The position numbers and the translations under genes were made by a program. A stretch of 64,000 bases of DNA from Phoronis australis (Eukaryota > Animalia > Phoronida). The stretch is from assembly GCA_002633005.1 (NCBI GenBank), contig NMRA01000335.1:372001-436000 (forward strand). Direction: 5' to 3'. This document shows, piece after piece, positions 61,625-64,000 of this stretch. Within the stretch, counting starts at the first letter, position 1. The number at the start of each line of letters is the position of its first letter. The notes beneath the pieces were generated by a model. The model searched no databases and had not been told where the DNA came from. It saw only the letters and a list, made by a program, of their open reading frames with translations.

Positions 61625-64000
61625 ACAAGGGAGATAACTGCTGGTGAAAGAGGAATAAGCAAGGGAGATAACAACTGGGAAGACCATGCCTGGCTATAGA
61701 ACAGTGAAGTCATAGCCCTAGGCTGATATCTTCTTTCATGCTTATTTGTCATGGTCATGTTGATGGTTATTATTATTACGACAGATTGTCATCTTAAAAA
61801 CCAATATTTAGGAATCAATAATTTTCCAAATTGACCGCCCATACCTTCGCTCTGATAGATTCTTTATTTCCTTCCAAAAACTTTTGTGATGTAATGCAAA
61901 TCACATCATGATTTGATCCCGGGATCTTCATGTAAGCAAGTCACTACTTTACCACCGTGCTTATCACCAAACGCAGAAGGCTTTTTATGTCATTCAAATT
62001 CTGATATCATATTTTTTTGTAAATAACCAAAAAATGTAAATCATTGTGTGAATGGAAGCCTGCATCGCCATTCCCCCTACAAAAGATTTGTTTTATTATC
62101 AGGTTAAAATGTTCGCTGACTTTAAACACATGACTTTTGCACAGGTTTAAGTGTGTACGCCCTGCACTTGCTGATACATAGTTTAATTGCGTTGATATAA
62201 CCAAATGACATTCATTGATTGTTTTGCATAAAAAAGTACTATTGTGTGCCAGCGAAATATGTTGTCTATTCAAACTATAATTTATAATTCCTTTGTCCAT
62301 TTCAGACATCTCATTTAACTTGTTATCAAATCTACATAAAAACTGATTACTAATTGACTGAATGAGTGATGGACACAGAATGGAAGCCCAAACATAGCCA
62401 CCTTCCATGAATTACTTAGCAGATGCAATCGTGTAATAAAACGTTCGCACTGGGTCAATATGTTGGTTTTCAGACCCCAGCAATCAGTCAACTTGACTGA
62501 GTCAAAAGTCAAATAATTGTTCGATCATGTCATTGTTTCTTTTTCGCATCAATATCATGATGTCCCTCCCCCCCATTCAAAATCACTGCTTTCTGGAGGG
62601 TTATCAAGATCACTCTGATAAACTGTAATGCATACAAGTCAAGTTGCTTCATTGTGTTGCTCAGGTAACATACACAATAGAGGTTGGAACATATCAATTA
62701 CAGAACAGAAGTTGCAATGCGTGTTAATTTTTCTTCTGTTGCAGATGGCCATGTGTTGCGTACATTGAACCTTTAGGCATTGGGCTCGCTTGTTATCAAG
62801 AAACTTGATTCCACTGTTCCAAGATTTCCTTTTCCAAATTTCATATATGTTGCTGGATTGTGAAATTTGACTTGTGTCTCTCACGAACACTAATACTCAT
62901 ATATGCCTTACCGTGTCTGATGAATCTGTATTTAATATTGTAGCTGTTATACATATATGGCATAGATGCAAGGATCTGAATCTTCTCAATCTCATGTGAC
63001 TCCATTTAAACCTTTCATTCCTGCTACCATTGCTCATTCATTCTCATAATCAATGGTTGGCATTTGTGTCAAAATTAACCACTATGGGTCAATGGGACCT
63101 TTTATTGGTCAATGGAACCGTCCAGTGGTCGATGAGACCTTCAAGGGGATCTGTGGAAGTTCGGAATATACTCTACCTTCCTCGTAATTAGGTGCAAAAA
63201 CAGGCATGTTTTCCACTTTGTTTCAGCTTAAGACTTCCTAAACAAATTGCCAGGGAAGTTCACTGAGTCCAAAGCCTAAATGGTGTTCATTTGAAATGAG
63301 CATTTTTGGTGGAAATTTGATTTTGAAAGTGTGTACTACTTCTCTTCATAAAAACTTTAAATGTAAAAAATGCAAATAGACATAAGGGCTCGGGGTCGGA
63401 GTTTACAGGCTTAGTCTGTGCTGTAAACACAGAGAAATTCTCTTTGTAAGTTTAAAGTTGTTTTCCGAGTCCATTGATGAAATTTTGTGATCCATCAAGT
63501 TGTGTAATGACCTTTGACCTTCTGTATAATATGCCATATGATACTCTTATCTTATGAGATTTTTGTCCTTCCTGAAGAAAGTACATTGGTGCAAATGTGG
63601 AACATCTTGAATTATGCGGGTATATTGGTGTTTGTCTGTTTTTTATTTGTTTTGTCTTTATTGTGAATATTAGGAGTGCTGTATTTACATACTTATTTTA
63701 AATAAGTTATTTTTACATCGTTAGTCAGTTGTTGATTTAAAACGGCAGGTGGTATTCTAATAATTAGTTAAGTCTATATTTTATCTTGGGTTTACAGGTA
63801 CCTTGTCTTGGTCTGTTATTCTTAAATTTAATGTGCAGTCATGATTACTGGTGTATTAAAAATATAAACAGTTTTAGCTTGTAACCATGGTAACATGTTT
63901 AACTTGTGTCAAACTTGCTTCTTCATTGATCACCCAAATTGAAGTTATGTTGTGTCAACTGTGAGATGTATTGGTTGATGTAGGAAGCTTGCAATTTCAT

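Noticed and set aside
61905-61965. tRNA or SINE head on the minus strand (a similar weak signal is at about 34628-34650)
   Set aside because: Only degenerate box-like motifs, too weak to call.

Overview
This is AT-rich, intron-rich animal DNA, probably an invertebrate bilaterian, not a prokaryote. I reconstructed genes by hand from GT-AG sites and reading-frame phase. (1) There is an internal caspase small-subunit (p10) exon at 1529-1860 (+) that continues past the usual caspase C-terminus. (2) A complete 9-exon insulin receptor substrate gene (IRS/chico family; PH + PTB + YxxM tail, about 1109 aa) lies on the minus strand at 39805->13967, with a 15.65 kb first intron. (3) Head-to-head with it is a complete 13-exon diacylglycerol lipase beta-like gene (about 689 aa) at 42585->61624 (+). 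DAGL intron 8 holds a decayed Mag-like Ty3/gypsy LTR retrotransposon with both LTRs, a tRNA-Ser PBS and a PPT. Its last 1.2 kb appears twice around a 200-N gap, probably an assembly artefact. The rest is MITEs, fold-back elements, SINE-like heads and minisatellites. The most unusual signals are a repeat family carrying phased arrays of CTCF-like motifs, the extended caspase, a perfect 28-bp hairpin between the divergent genes, and nested insertions whose empty sites are visible in the same window. All splice models are sequence-only inferences, with no transcript or database evidence.
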